Assembly (NCBI GenBank): GCA_013239625.1
Contig: MU055458.1
Coordinates: 728,972-792,971, forward strand
DNA from: Lama guanicoe
Lineage: Eukaryota
Length of the DNA: 64,000 nucleotides
Direction: 5' to 3'
The position numbers were made by a program, and so were the translations under genes. How positions within the stretch are numbered: position 1 is the stretch's first letter; each line of letters opens with the position of its first letter. Under the pieces are notes generated by a model. The model was not told the DNA's origin. It made no database searches and saw only the letters and a list, made by a program, of their open reading frames with translations. Shown here piece by piece: positions 37,377 through 50,245 of this stretch.

Positions 37377-37559
37377 CTCCCTCCTCTCTGGTTCCCAGAA
37401 AGTCTTTACCGAGCAGTCCTGCTTGGGAACCGGGAACGGGCAGCCTCCTTTCTGCGCAGGGCTTCCGGGAACCCTCCAGGGAGCTGGTGGGCTCGCTGAA
37501 GAAGTCCTGTGTTGAGCTGGAGTCTGAGAGTGCCACAGCCGTGCTGTCCTGGCTGCGCT
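37377..37559 (-). CDS. CABIN1: CABIN1 exon (~27), 183 nt, [20 protein letters not shown]...DFLGTREEG
   Basis: Acceptor ctctcccaacag|AG, weak donor GAG|gtgtgg, phase 1-1. Confidence 0.9.
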
Positions 37560-37784
37560 CTGTTGGGAGAGGGGAGGGGCAGCAGCATGAACCCCCATAC
37601 CTGCAGGATGGGGGGCCTCCCAGGGTGAGTCCCCTGTTGGAGGCCTAGTGACTGCCCTGCAGAGCAGAGGGGACGGCCTGCACAAGGCCACTCTGATCCG
37701 GCCTTGCAGACCCATCCTGTAGGCCACCAAGCCACTCACTAGAAGCACCAACCTCCATGGTCACCTTCCTGGGGTTTCCCCAAA

Positions 37785-37957
37785 GAGTGGTGTTCTGGTC
37801 AATGTGTAATAATTGGCCCTCGGGAAAAAGCCGGCATTTGTAGCATTTACTGATTTCTTTGGTGTGAATACTCCCACCAAGGCCGATTTCGAGTTGCCAG
37901 TGCGGTGTGTCTGAGCGTGGAGTTGAGAGAGACGCAGAAGCGAATTACACACCAGCG
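37785..37957. mobile_element. MER63-like hAT DNA transposon fossil
   Basis: Ends agtggtgt... and ...acaccagcg; internal atttgtagcatttactgatttctttggtgtgaatactcccacca resembles the recalled MER63 consensus. Confidence 0.7.
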
Positions 37958-38729
37958 GATCATGTTTCTGCTGTAACAGGCGCACACAACCAAGCAGGCA
38001 AGTGCTCAGCACAAACGCTTAACCAGTTGCTGAAGGGCATGTGAGGACTACGGTGGGAGTACAGACCCCTGGGAGGCACAGACGCCAGGCAGGGGGCACC
38101 CATGGGCCTCCGCAGGTGCTTACGAGGAAGGGCGGGGTGGGAGAGAGACTGGATGACCCTCCTGGGGTGCAGGCCTGGAGAAAAGGGGTGGCTGCACGCA
38201 GTGCATGGAGCCCCGGCTGGACCCTTCTCCCCAGGGGAACAAAAGCCTTAAGCCACCAGGGGAGGGGCAGCAGGGGACAGGTGAAGACCACTGCAGAACG
38301 GAAAAGAAAAGGCCGACCCTGAGGGAGGGGCTGGGAACCACCCAAGGCCCAAACACTCCAGGCCGCCCACCTTGAGACATGGACAGTCTGCCGAGGTCCG
38401 AGGTCAGACTCAGATGACAGAGAAGCAGCCACACCCCAACCCAGGCTGGCAGAAGCAGGGCAGGAACCTTCCAGCAAACCCACCCTCTCTGAGTACCGAG
38501 TACAAGGTCAGACCAGAGGACCTGGAGGCCGGGGGACACTGAGCGGAACCACAGCAACAATAGAACCCAGCCCAGCTCAGCTTCTGCCTCGTCAAACTCA
38601 CTTTCCTTCCTCCGGCCTAGGGACAAAGGAAGCCCACTCCAGGCATAAGGATTAGTTCCTTCAGTCTCTTCTGTTCTACACACGATGTCAGTTTTCAACA
38701 TGAACAGTGTAAGACGCACACGCGTGTGC

Positions 38730-39960
38730 AGAAGGAAAGAGCACTGTCAGGATACAAAGTAATCACCAGAACCAGGCTCAGAGATGGCCCGGATGCTGGA
38801 ACTACTGACTGCGAACTTAGAGCAACTAAGACAACACAACTCATAAACCTGATGAGCGTGCTACAGGCTCCAGCAGGAAAGGTGGACACACCCACGAACA
38901 AAGGGGGAATTCAAGGAGTAAGAGGGAACCAGGCAAGAATCAAACGGAGACACCAGAAATAAAAAACAGTGGATAACAGAGACGAAGAATGCCCCTTGTC
39001 AAGCTTCTCAGCAGACTTGACACAGTTAAGAGGAAAAAATCAAAACCTGAAGGCAGGTCAGTAGAAATAATCCAAACCAAGAGAAAAAGAGTGCAGGGGG
39101 CTGGGGGGGGGCAGTGACGAGAACAGAGCACCCAAATGCTCACTTACTAACTGGATCCCAGAAAGAGATGAGTCAGAAACAGGACAAGTATTTTAAGAGA
39201 TAATGACAGAATTTTCCAAAAACAATGAAAGACATCAAATCACCAAAAATCTCAGACAACACAAAGCAAGGCAAGGACTTCCCCCACACACGTTAGGGGG
39301 AAAAAAAATCACACCTGGATGCATCATATTAAAACTGCTGAAATCCAAAGATACAGAGAAACTCTTGACGGTGGAGAGAGACATGTCACACATGGAGGAA
39401 GAGTTGAGAACAACACAGACAGAAGCCATGCAAGTCGGATAACATCTTTAACAACTGCTGAGAGGAAAAGCTGTCAACCTAGATTTCTGCAGCCAGTGAA
39501 AGTACCCCTCAAAAATGAAGGACAAACAAAGGCTTTTTCGGGCAAACAAAAACTAAGAGGATTCTTTACCACCAGCTCGGAGCCAGGAACCACCGAAGAC
39601 AGCTCCTCGGGTAGAACAAACTGAAACGAGACAAACTTGGATCCACATAAACATACGAAGTTCCTCAGAAACAGATAAAGAAATAATAAAAATAAAAGAC
39701 ATCTTTTTCCCACTTCCTTCTCTAAAACATCACTGACTGCTGTGCGGAGCAGAAGCGGTAGCAGTGCCCTGTGGATTCATGGCACGTGGGGAAGCGAAAC
39801 GGATGAAGCTAGGGAACGGGAGTGGGGTGGCCCTCACTGCACGCAGTGTGGTGCCGGGCGTCACGCAGAGATGTACTTTCTTAGCCCTAAGGCAGTCACT
39901 ATATTTAAAAAAACAGAGATACAAATAAATCAGAAATAGAGAGAAAATGTTACCATTAAA
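38730..39960 (+). mobile_element. Old L1 ORF1 region, degraded
   Basis: A-rich; ORF 39319..39624 contains CQPRFLQPVKVPLKNEGQTKAFSGKQKLRGFFTT, similar to the L1 ORF1p C-terminus (FQPRISYPAKLSF.SEGEIK.F.DKQ.LR.F.TT). Confidence 0.75.
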
Positions 39961-42900
39961 AAACAAACTGTGCTTTGTCCTGAACTTGGCATCTCTAAAG
40001 GTGAAGCACAGTTACATGGGGCTGCCCGTGCCATATGACCTTGAACAGGTCAGTCCCAGCCCCACCTGTGAGTTGCCACCACATATCATCTCCGAGAGGC
40101 CAGTGAGGCTACGGGGAGAAAGGCAGATATGCCCCCAGGCCTAAGCCAATGTTTGGTATTGACTCCCAACTTGCTGATGCCTAGAGAGGGCACCAGGTGG
40201 GCAGGCAAGGCAGCGGACACACCAGGGATGGTGTGGGCAGGAAGGTGGCACTCTGCCCCCAAGGATGAATTGTGGGGCTCGGCTGACCCTCCTTTAGAAC
40301 AGCATCGAGGGCCACCAGAGAGCCGTCCTGCATGGCTGGCACTCATGGCTGTGTTCCCCCTACCACCTCAGCCAGCATGTGGGGCCATGGAGCGGCCCAC
40401 ACTGAGGGTGTCCTGGCCCCTGTCCTGCCGCGGGGCCGCTCAGTTGCAGAGCCTGACTCCGCCCAGGACAGGCGGGCCCCTGGGGACCAGCCACTGCCCA
40501 GGCCCCTGCAGGAAAGAGGGTAGCCCCAGCAGGCAGCCCTCTTCTTCTTCCAGAAGCCCATCCACACAAGACCTGCTCCCGCTAATTACTAGTGAGGCCC
40601 GGTTATAAACAGTCCACTCTCACTGTGAATCCCTGGAGCGTTCACTTCCATGCCTCGGGCTGCTCCACCCCTTCGCAGCATTCTTAGAGGGACGCGCACC
40701 AGTCTGACGGCTGCTCCTCAGCCCTCTGCTCCAGGTGGGCCCACAGCCCGGTGTCAGGGAACGGAGCAGGGTGCAGAGGTCACAGCTGGCCTGTCTCACC
40801 AGGTCTTTCCTTATGCAGATTTGACTCAATTCAAATCCCCTGGACACTCAGGATTTCCAGACCAGCCTAAAAGAGTTCTCTCGTGACAAGACAGAAGTTT
40901 CCTGTTGTGTTTTCTCCACTGGCTCCAGCAGGATGACTAGAAAGGGTTCACAGCCACCTAGTTCATTAGCTCAACTCCATGACATTTTGAGGAAAAAAGC
41001 ATGTGGTCATGTGATCAAAAATGCAGCAACTCTGGCTAGTGAACCCTAAAAAGATCACGAATGTTCTGCCAACCAGAAAACCACAGGTTTCTAAGAGCAG
41101 TAAATTTGGGTGGAATCAATATTTTGAGAAATGTTTCAGTCGGATAAAATCTGCTCATGTGGTCCCTGATGACCACTGGGAAAGGACTCGCCCCCTGGAG
41201 TGAGGCTGGCTGTGGGGCGGGTGCCCTGCAGGCCAAGGAGAAGGAACAGACGCACACAGGGAGAGACACCAGAAGCCCGGGCCCCAATGCCCAGCATGGA
41301 GAGATGGTCTCACTGCGCGCCCCCTGGCCACACCCCCACCACACACCACTCTGCTCCCCGGGCCAGCTAGATGCTGACCAGAGAGGCCTGGGCAGCTGCT
41401 CTCGACGCTGATGCCAGGAAAGCAAAGCGGCATCCCACAGCTACCTGATGAGGGTCCCAGGTTCCTCTTCCAACAAAGGACGACTGGGGAAACCTGCCCT
41501 TCTTAGAGCCAGAGAGAGAGACCCCAAAACCACAGCACTCCCCTGCTGTCCACAGGGAAGACTCTGCTCGGGCCCAGCTGGCTCCCAAGCTCCCTCCCCT
41601 CCAGGTCTCTCTTCACCTAAGTGGTCACCTTGGCATCTAAATACCACAGGACTCTCCAACCTCTGTGTTTTTGCTCCCATTGCCCCTCCCCCAAAATGAC
41701 CCTGCAGGCCTCTCTGGAGGCCCACCTCCTCCAGGAAGTCCTCCCAATGCACCCAACCCCAGAGCCAGCTCACAGCACTCCCACTTGGCACCAAACATTG
41801 CCCCAGGGACACACAGATCTCACCAGGTAGCACAATTAGGGCGAAAATGCCATGACCAGCTACAGCCTGAAGATGTTTTTTAAAAGATGAGAATGAAGGA
41901 GAAAACAAAGAAGGTGATAGGCTCTGCCCTCTGACAGACTCCTTCCCTGGCCCAGCACCAGTCCCACCCTATGGGAACACCCCTGACAACCTGAGCTCAC
42001 ATGGAGATGGTCCCTGGGGCCCACCACAGAGCACCCTGGACCCTACATACAGTGAGTGCTTTCACACACCATCCTTGTAAGGCAAGGTGGCATCTCAGAG
42101 TCTCAGGTCTCTGTTACTTTTTTAACCAAGAAAGAACAAAGCAATGGAAATATAGGGCTGAGCTACTGGCCGGACAGGAGGGCAGACCGTGTGGGGAGGC
42201 CAGCACTGCACGTGTGTCTGGCCAGAACCAGGAAGATGGGCCGTGGGCAGAAGCCAAGCACATCAAACACACACCCTCCAAACCACAGGACCAGCGGGTG
42301 GCGGCGCTCCGGGTCACGGGGAAGCAGGGAGCCGGACTGAGGGTCAGCATGCGGTCAGCTCGGTCCCCGAAGCGAGCTGAGACAGTGCGAGCAGAGGCAG
42401 CCTGGAGAGCAGTGTGGGCGGGTTGGGGCAGCACGGGCAATATTGGTGGAGAAAGGTAGGCGAGCGGGCGAGGACGAGCACGGATGGGACACAACACGGA
42501 CGGTGAGGGTGACAGCATGGCAGGTGAGGATGGATGGTCGCTCCCGCTCTCCTGACCGTGGCTGGCCTGCCCACCCCCGTGAGCTCCAACACACCCCTAA
42601 GACACTGGCTGAGCTTTGCCCCTCGGGAAGGCCTCCCCCCACCAAGGCCAGGTCCCCATGGGACCCTCCGCTGTTCCATCGCTCACACGTGTCTCCTGGT
42701 GCCCACCACAGGGACCAGGGCAATGTAAGGGGTGCCCAGATTGGCACGGCCACAGGCTGGCTGGAGAACCCCGCCCGCAAGGCTCTTTCTGGCTCCAGCA
42801 TCAGAGGTGACAGGCAGCACATCCTGCAGAAAGCGAGGGTCCTCCCACGCTAAGCTAATTGTTAAGATAATGATTAATTGTCAAGCTGGAGCTATTTTCC

Positions 42901-43233
42901 TAAATCTCTTCCAAATCTCACGCCAAGTAAGCACTGGCCAGGGCTGATTTCTGGAGCGGCTGAGGCGGGACCCCTAACCTCACACACAGGAAGTGCCGAC
43001 CCTCGGCTTCGCTCCCGGTCCAGCTGGCGGCAGGTCCGCCTAACAGGCTGCTTGGTGCAGGGGTCTCTCTTGAAGCCACACCACGGCTGGAGAGAGTCAG
43101 GGTGACTGCCCCCGACCCGGGCTCCTCCTGCTATGCGGCACCGCCTGCCCCCCCGCCAGCCCCGATGACCTGGGGGGCCCTGATCTAGAAGACAAGGACC
43201 TTTGTTTACCACCCACGAGAACATTGCCCAGTC

Positions 43234-43295
43234 CTACAGCTGAGGAAGCTGGGGCTCAGAGATGTACTACAGCTGAGGAAGCTGGGGCTCAGAGA
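43234..43295. repeat. Perfect 29-bp tandem duplication of a MIR core
   Basis: ctacagctgaggaagctggggctcagaga at 43234-43262 and 43267-43295, spacer tgta. Confidence 0.9.
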
Positions 43296-45131
43296 CATTG
43301 CCAAGCAAGTGAGGGGAAGGACTGGGACTGGCACTCAGATCCCTGACTCCAGGGCCTGCTCTGCCGGGCCTCCCTGTCCAACCTCAAGTGGGGCCCCAAA
43401 CCCCACCCCCACCTGCTCCTCTTCGCCTGCAGCAAGGCGAGGCACACCCAGCATCCTGACCGCAGAAGGGCTCCCCTCTGGTGCGCATCCTCGCACAACA
43501 GGAGAGCCGAGGCTGGTCTCAGGCTGGGGAGTTGACTGGGAAGCAGGAGGCCACAGGCTCTCGTCCTAATGCCTGGTCAGCCAACCCCAGCTGGGGCACA
43601 AGAGGCAGAAAGAGAGTTGGGTGGTGTGGCCCCTCGAGGCTCCAGCATGTCCCCCAACATCAGCAACCTGCTGCTTCTGCCGGGGGCCAGGGCCCTTCCT
43701 TGGAGCTGGAAAGGCTGCCCAAAGGCCACTGTCACGTTACAAGATTATAGCTAGCTTAGGGTCCCGAACATCTCCACATTGCGGACACTGCTTTCTCCCC
43801 AGGGTGAGGGGTGAGAGCTCCAAAGGCCTGCACAGCCAAGCTGGGTGAGGACACCGGCTGGGACCAGCAAAGGCAGGCCAAGCGATCTCGATGGCCCCAC
43901 ACCACCGACAAGAATCAATGCCAAAAAATTTTTACCACCATTCAAAAATACACAACCATGGAAATTATATTTCAGCATATTCACACGGCTTCCTCTACAA
44001 ACTTCCAGAACCGGACACACTCTGGTGGCACCCAGGACAGGTCCCACCAGCACCTGCCCCCAGCACCCTGCTTCCACAGCTCTGCGCACACACGGGTGCC
44101 CGGGCGGGATGCTGGCAGTGGTGTGGGGCGGCGGCACGGCCCTCCCCCAAACCCAGGAGGCTCAGGGACACCCTGAGAGGAGAGCCTCTCTCCCCACACC
44201 TGCCTGCACTAAAGCCTCACAGGAAGGAAGAATCCTGCAGGAAGAACTCCCAGAGCAAGGACTTGTCTCCAGCATGCTTTTCAGTGTTCTCAGGAGTAAA
44301 TGGTTGGGGAGTCCTTGAACCTGAGGTGAGTAGGAGGGAAGGATCAGGACCAGGACCACAGTGCAGGCAGCAGGTGGGCCAGTGCCCCGGCCAGGCACAA
44401 CCCCTGTGGCCCATGCTCAGACTGGTCTCTGCGCACACACCATCCCGAACCCAGAGGAGACATCACCAGCGTCCTCTGCTCTCAGATCACAAACTGCACC
44501 CCGGGAAGTGAGGCCCTGCCTCCCTGTCGCCCTACAGCAGTCCTGCCCTGGCCCTGTGCTCACAGCCTGTCTCCTGGGCGCGCGCACGCAGCCTGATGAG
44601 CTGAGTGACACAGGGCTAAGGGCCCAGATGGCCTTCAGCACTGTCACTCCCCCAGGGCTCCACGCTGCGGCCCTCCAGGCCCACCAGTCTGGTTCATCGT
44701 TTTAACAGTGAGGAGAATGTGAAGACGGAGCTGTGAGGCCAGCATGCAAGCCTCCCGGTGTTAGTCAGGGATATGGTGGACGGGCCGCCATCTGCCCATC
44801 CCGCGTGGGAAGCCAGCTGACCCCCACCACCAACCCGCCCGGATTCCCTCGACCCTCCCCGACCGTCAGAAGGACGTGCTATTCCTGCGGACACCAACAG
44901 CCTTTCAACTGCCCTTAACGTCCCCATTTTGCAGGTGGGGAAATGCAGATCGGAGGGCTCCCAGGCGGGCGGTGGCAGGCGGCGACCCCGAGCATGTCTG
45001 GGAAGCACAGGATCACGAGGGTCCATGAGGTTAATGAGCAGCCGCAACATTGCCCGTGTCACCCCAGACCCAGCACCCCCCTCACCAAAACAAAGCGACT
45101 CATTGCCCAAAGCGCCCTCCCCCGAGACTGG

Positions 45132-45367
45132 NNNNNNNNNNNNNNNNNNNNNNNNNNNNNNNNNNNNNNNNNNNNNNNNNNNNNNNNNNNNNNNNNNNNN
45201 NNNNNNNNNNNNNNNNNNNNNNNNNNNNNNNNNNNNNNNNNNNNNNNNNNNNNNNNNNNNNNNNNNNNNNNNNNNNNNNNNNNNNNNNNNNNNNNNNNNN
45301 NNNNNNNNNNNNNNNNNNNNNNNNNNNNNNNNNNNNNNNNNNNNNNNNNNNNNNNNNNNNNNNNNNN
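45132..45367. other. Assembly gap (236 N), inferred to hide CABIN1 exon ~26 (about 179 nt, EKACLVDEDS...QQATPD)
   Basis: Neighbouring exons end in phase 2 and start in phase 1, so an exon is missing. The minus strand entering the gap reads ctgacctgcacccca|N, a branch-like motif plus an acceptor lacking only its final G. Confidence 0.75.
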
Positions 45368-46696
45368 TGGGGTGCAGGTCAGAACCTCCACATCACATTG
45401 AAACAGGACAAGTGCTGGTCTGGATGGTACCGTCACAGGCCTCCTCCACCATCCCCAGGGCCCCCTGCTCCCAGGAACTCTGGTGACACCTGTTCCCTCT
45501 GGCTAGTGTCCGGGGGCTGAAGGAGCCAGGAGCTGTCCAACCTTTACGACTGGGCTTGCTGGCAGCTCAAGTCTCAGGCTGGGAGACCCCTCCTCGGAAG
45601 CAGCCACCCAGCACCCCTCCAGGCCAAGTCAGCCCCCTTCATGTGAAAGCCAGGGCTTGACAGATTTCACCCCGCCAAGTGCACAGATGGAGAAGACGAC
45701 TGGATTCAGCGCACGCTCACAGGTGCATGAGGGTATCTGCTGCAACACCACGGACAAACAGAAACACCCGACATGCCCGACACGCCCATCAAGGCAGCCA
45801 CAGAGACCACAGTGCACGCGAGCTATGGAGAGCACAGCCACAGACGAGGGGTGCCGCCTCTGTGCACTGGGTCCCAGACCCGCTTCGGGGAAAAGCAAAC
45901 TCTAGAACACCTCCAGTAGTTTGTTTTTATAAAAGAATCACTGTACTTGTAAGCGTACCTGTAAGTGTGTGCAGACACACAGAGAATGACCTATGAAACA
46001 ACCTGAACAGTGGCTAACCCTGGGGAGGGGAACCTGACACGCTTCAGTCTACGTGTTTACGTGCCACTAGCATCTTCTGTAACTAGGATATGCTTGTGTA
46101 TTATTCGTGTAACTTATAAACTGAAAAAGAATTACAAGCTATTTAAAAAAGAATTATCACTGTGCCTTGGGGGCCCTTTGTGACTATAACTTCTGGGCAC
46201 ATTGTACCCACCCGTCCACCTGTCCCATCGCTGACAAGTCTGGAGGACAGGCCCGGGTGGGGTCTCCCTGGCCCTTGGCAGAGCCCTCACAGTGCCCGGC
46301 CAGGGGGCCCCAAGACAGGGCAAGCTGAGCCAAAACTCTGGGATGAGGACGCAAGGCCACCCACAGCAAAAGGAGGCCCGGGGGTCTGTCCCAGGCCCAC
46401 AGAGGGAACCACACTGGGACCCTAGTGTCCCCGAGCTCTCTGAGGCCACAGGAGGAGCCCACACCTCCCACAGCCCTTCCAGCCTCCTGGGAGAACGGGT
46501 AGCAGACCAGGCCCTCAGGGGCTCCCTGCAGAAGAGGCCAAGGGGCAGGAGGTTGCAGTATGAAAATGCAGTCCCCAGAGGGGAAGGGGCCACCTGAGGA
46601 TGTGGGCACAGCTAGGGAGAGGTGACAGGGCTGCACACGCAGGCTCTCGGGCTCAGAAGCACCTCGGCCAAGGGAGGGGGAGTCCATGCCACTCAC

Positions 46697-46848
46697 TTCT
46701 CTGAGGCTTTGGGCGCGCTTTTCTCCTCGCCCCTGGCAAAGGGCCCTTCCGCAGCCTCCTTCATAAAGCTGACCAGCACCTCTGCGTCGACCCCGGAGTC
46801 AGGCCTCCCCAGGAGCTTCAGGATGGAAGCGTGGAGCCGGAAGTACAC
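46697..46848 (-). CDS. CABIN1: CABIN1 exon (~25), 152 nt, [14 protein letters not shown]...KSAPKASE(K)
   Basis: Acceptor catccag|GTG, donor GAA|gtgagt, phase 0-2. Confidence 0.95.
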
Positions 46849-47963
46849 CTGGATGACAACACTGGGGTGTGAGCTGCCTCCCAAACTGCAAAGGCTCGTC
46901 CCTGCCAGTCAGTCACACTGACCGGCCCACCCAGCCCTCACTCAAGGCCAGCTCCACCATCAACACAGACGTGGACTAGCAGCATCCCAGCCCAAATGCT
47001 TCTCAAGGGCCAGGGGACAGGGAAGGAAGCCCCAGCCCCCTCCACTGCATCTTGTCCAATAAGAAAGACAAGTCAAAAAACAGAAAGGAAACATTACCAT
47101 GTCTACATGTTAGTAGGAAACAAATCTAGAAAGACGAGGACGCGGCCAAACTGTTAATACGCATTTTTGGGGCTAGGGAACGAGGGCCATAGGGCACTTT
47201 AACCTCCCACTTCAAACACCTCTGAATTATCTGATTCTCATATTTCTTTTTAACCATGAATTGTGTTCATTTTATAATAAAAAAAAATACCTAAGTGCAA
47301 AAAAGGCATAAGTAAGCAGATTCTGTCCCAAATTTCAAGCTTTCGGGACATGTGGGATTCGCGGGAATGGACACACAGCCTCAGAAAGGGTGAAGCTAAC
47401 AAGCCCAGGGCTTAGGGAAGACAAACGCACCCAGATCTGCACTGTGTCCTCAATTTCCTCCCCACGAAGCACGCTGGCTGCAGCCAACAGACCCTCCCAG
47501 GAAGGCCATGGGCACCAGTGAGAGCACAGGGTGAGCACTGGGAAATCACAGGCACAAATCCCAGTCCACACATGCTCTGCTCTGAGGGGGCAGTGGAGGG
47601 CCCCGAATCGGCCCCTGGCTCAGTCCTGCCAGGCTGGGTGCCCTGGGCACACCCTGCAGTAGCAGTCTCTCACCCACACCTGGGGACGAGGGCGCCGGCC
47701 CCCTCCTGCCAGGCCAAGGGCATGAATGCTACTCTCACATCACCACTGAACCTGATTCTCAGACTAGTGTGCTAAAGAAGAGAGACCAAACACTCCCTTC
47801 CTCAGAAAGGACAGCGAGCGCCCCTCAGAGACAAAGGAAAAAAGGCTGTGTGAACTGAACTGCACACAGATAAGTTCCAGCTGCTGCAGGGGTGTCACTG
47901 GGACCGTGAGCCCCATCCCCAGGGAGCCGGACGGCCCTCCACCCCCACCCTGCACAGTGTCAC

Positions 47964-48224
47964 CTCCAGGGCCTCCATGGCAAGCTCGGGGGGGTTGTGG
48001 TAGTGGATCTTCTTGGGGTAGCGGGCCGCCTCCTCATGCAGGTAGTGGCCAGCCTGGCGGTAGTGCAGCAGGTAGACAGTGGGCGGCTGCTGCTGCTTCT
48101 CAGCCACCTTCCCCAGCATGTAGTGGATGAGCCACTCTTCCTCGTCCCCGTCACCCTCGCAGCGGGCCGCCGAGGTGAAGCAGTGCCTGGCAGTCTCCAG
48201 CATGCTGTCCCGCCGGTCCTCCAT
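47964..48224 (-). CDS. CABIN1: CABIN1 exon (~24), 261 nt, [16 protein letters not shown]...[11 protein letters not shown]
   Basis: Acceptor cattccag|ATG, donor GAG|gtgaca, phase 0-0. Confidence 0.95.
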
Positions 48225-49983
48225 CTGGAATGAGACAACAGTGCCCAGCCAGCCTCAGCCCTCCTTACCCTGTAGCGGCCTGACTGCAGACGTGGGATCC
48301 TCCCAGCAGCCCCAAAACCCAGAAACGCGACCACCATTCCACTGTGGGAGGCTAAGCACCAGGAGGCCCGGAGACTTCGGGGTCGCACACATCAGGCACG
48401 GCACAGGGCTGGACTGACACCCAGCTCACCCGCTGACTTGTTCTTTCTTCTACCTCCTCCTGCAGGACCTAACACTGTTACAGGCTCATGAAGAACCCAC
48501 AGGACAGCCTCTAAAGACCCCAACCACAACCTGCGTGGCAGCAAAGAGAGTCCCTGTGCCTGGGCAGGGGAGACCACAGCAGGAACTGCGGCCGGCATTG
48601 CGGGGAGCCCACAACAGCTCCCGCATGGCGGCAGTCTTGGGCCATGGGCAGTTCCAAGACGAGCCTCTGTTGCAGGCAGCGCAGCTGTCTCGCGCCCCTT
48701 CATGGTAAGCAGGCAGAGCTGGGGGGACAGGCCCGGGCCACGGCAGGTTTTCTCGCCCCCTCCTCTGCACACTTCCTAGGGACCAGGGTGTTTGGAAGGG
48801 CGGATCCCGAGCCCCGTTCACTGCCCGCTGACTGGGAGCCTGTGCGTCTGGGGCGGAACCTACTGCCTGCAGAGTCAGCCAGGACAGAGGGCCAGCCTCT
48901 ACGAGGTTTTCCCACAGGGACCACCACCTCTTCCCGCCCCTGCGTGAGGAGCTCTGGGCCAGTGTCCTGGGTGCTATTCTCGCAGGACGTCCACTCTCCA
49001 GGCAGGTGTCCCTTCACCCCAGGACTCTGGGGCTGGGCACCGCAGTGAGGACTGTGCAGGGCCCGGGCAGCTGCTCCAGTGCCCAGGGTCTTGGACCCTC
49101 CTCTCCATGGCCCCAGCCTCCTCCCATCTCTTCTCAGGGCAGAGGAAGGAGAGACTGTGAGCACCAGGTTCTGGCAAGGGCTGTCACAGCACCATGACGC
49201 TCACTGCTGGATGGTCCCTCTCCAGGAGCCCCCAGCAGCATCACCCTCCCGTCACTGCTGCGTCCCTTTCGCGTTCTTCCCTATCAGTTTAGCTTCCACA
49301 CCAAGCACACCCCATGTTAGTCAGAAAGAGCAACAAAGAGCTGTGACCTCTCTGCAGCGCTGGGACTCCCCCACTCAGAGCAATGTTGGAGGTGGGGCAT
49401 CACGAGGCCAAGGGTTCTGGGAGCCCGTGACCTGTTCTGCAGGGTTGCCAGGCACAAGAGAGTCCTGGGCATGAAGACAGAGAGCCCCTCAAAGATGGAG
49501 GGGCTGTCAGAAGATGAGGGTAGCAGCCATGGCTGAGGGTCTTCCATCACTGAATCCTCCCAGCAATACCCCGATTATTAACAGAGCCACTGTCACATTC
49601 TGGGATTTGACTGCAAATGATCAGTTCAAGTACAGGCCCCCTTAGCACCCTGCGCTCCTGGGAGATCTTCCTGGAGGTGGTGTCTTACTGCCACACCCGC
49701 CCAAACCTGCCCATTGGCCCTTCACTTCCACCTCAAGGAGCCAAGGGTGTCCTGCAGAACACAGACTTTGGGCCAGACACCCAGCACCCTACACTGGGCA
49801 AACCCCACAAGAGGGCTTCAAACTTCCCAACAGTGTCAAGAATTGCACAAGGGAACAAAGAAGAGACGGCTGCCTCTCAATGGCCCTACTCTTCAGCCAT
49901 CCAGTCCCAGGAGCCGGGCCCTGGACTCACCCACTGGGTGTCCTTGGGCCAGGGATCACACTGCCACTGAGCCCTGTCCTCAC

Positions 49984-50245
49984 CTGCTGCACGAGCTCGG
50001 GGGGCAGCTCAGGCCTCCACTGCTTCAGCTGGCGTGAGGCGAAGGAGTGCAGGGCGTAGGACATGGTGCCGAACTCAATCCACAGGGACAAGTTGGAGCT
50101 ATCGATCTCTAGCGCCCGCCGGAAGCAGCTGACGACAGGCGTGGCATGCCTCCAGATGGGCCCGTCGCTCTTCAGCTCATTGGAGTTCAGCTTGTCCTGA
50201 ATGCGGCTGGCCCGGGCCAGAGCCATGCCTGCCCAGGAATCGAAC
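49984..50245 (-). CDS. CABIN1: CABIN1 exon (~23), 262 nt, (R)[13 protein letters not shown]...ELPPELVQQ; TPR-like region
   Basis: Acceptor ctgcag|G, donor CAG|gtgagg, phase 2-0. Confidence 0.95.

Noticed and set aside
4049-46848. CABIN1 frameshift or pseudogenisation
   Set aside because: The phase mismatches coincide with N gaps of suitable size, and all visible exons are open and conserved.
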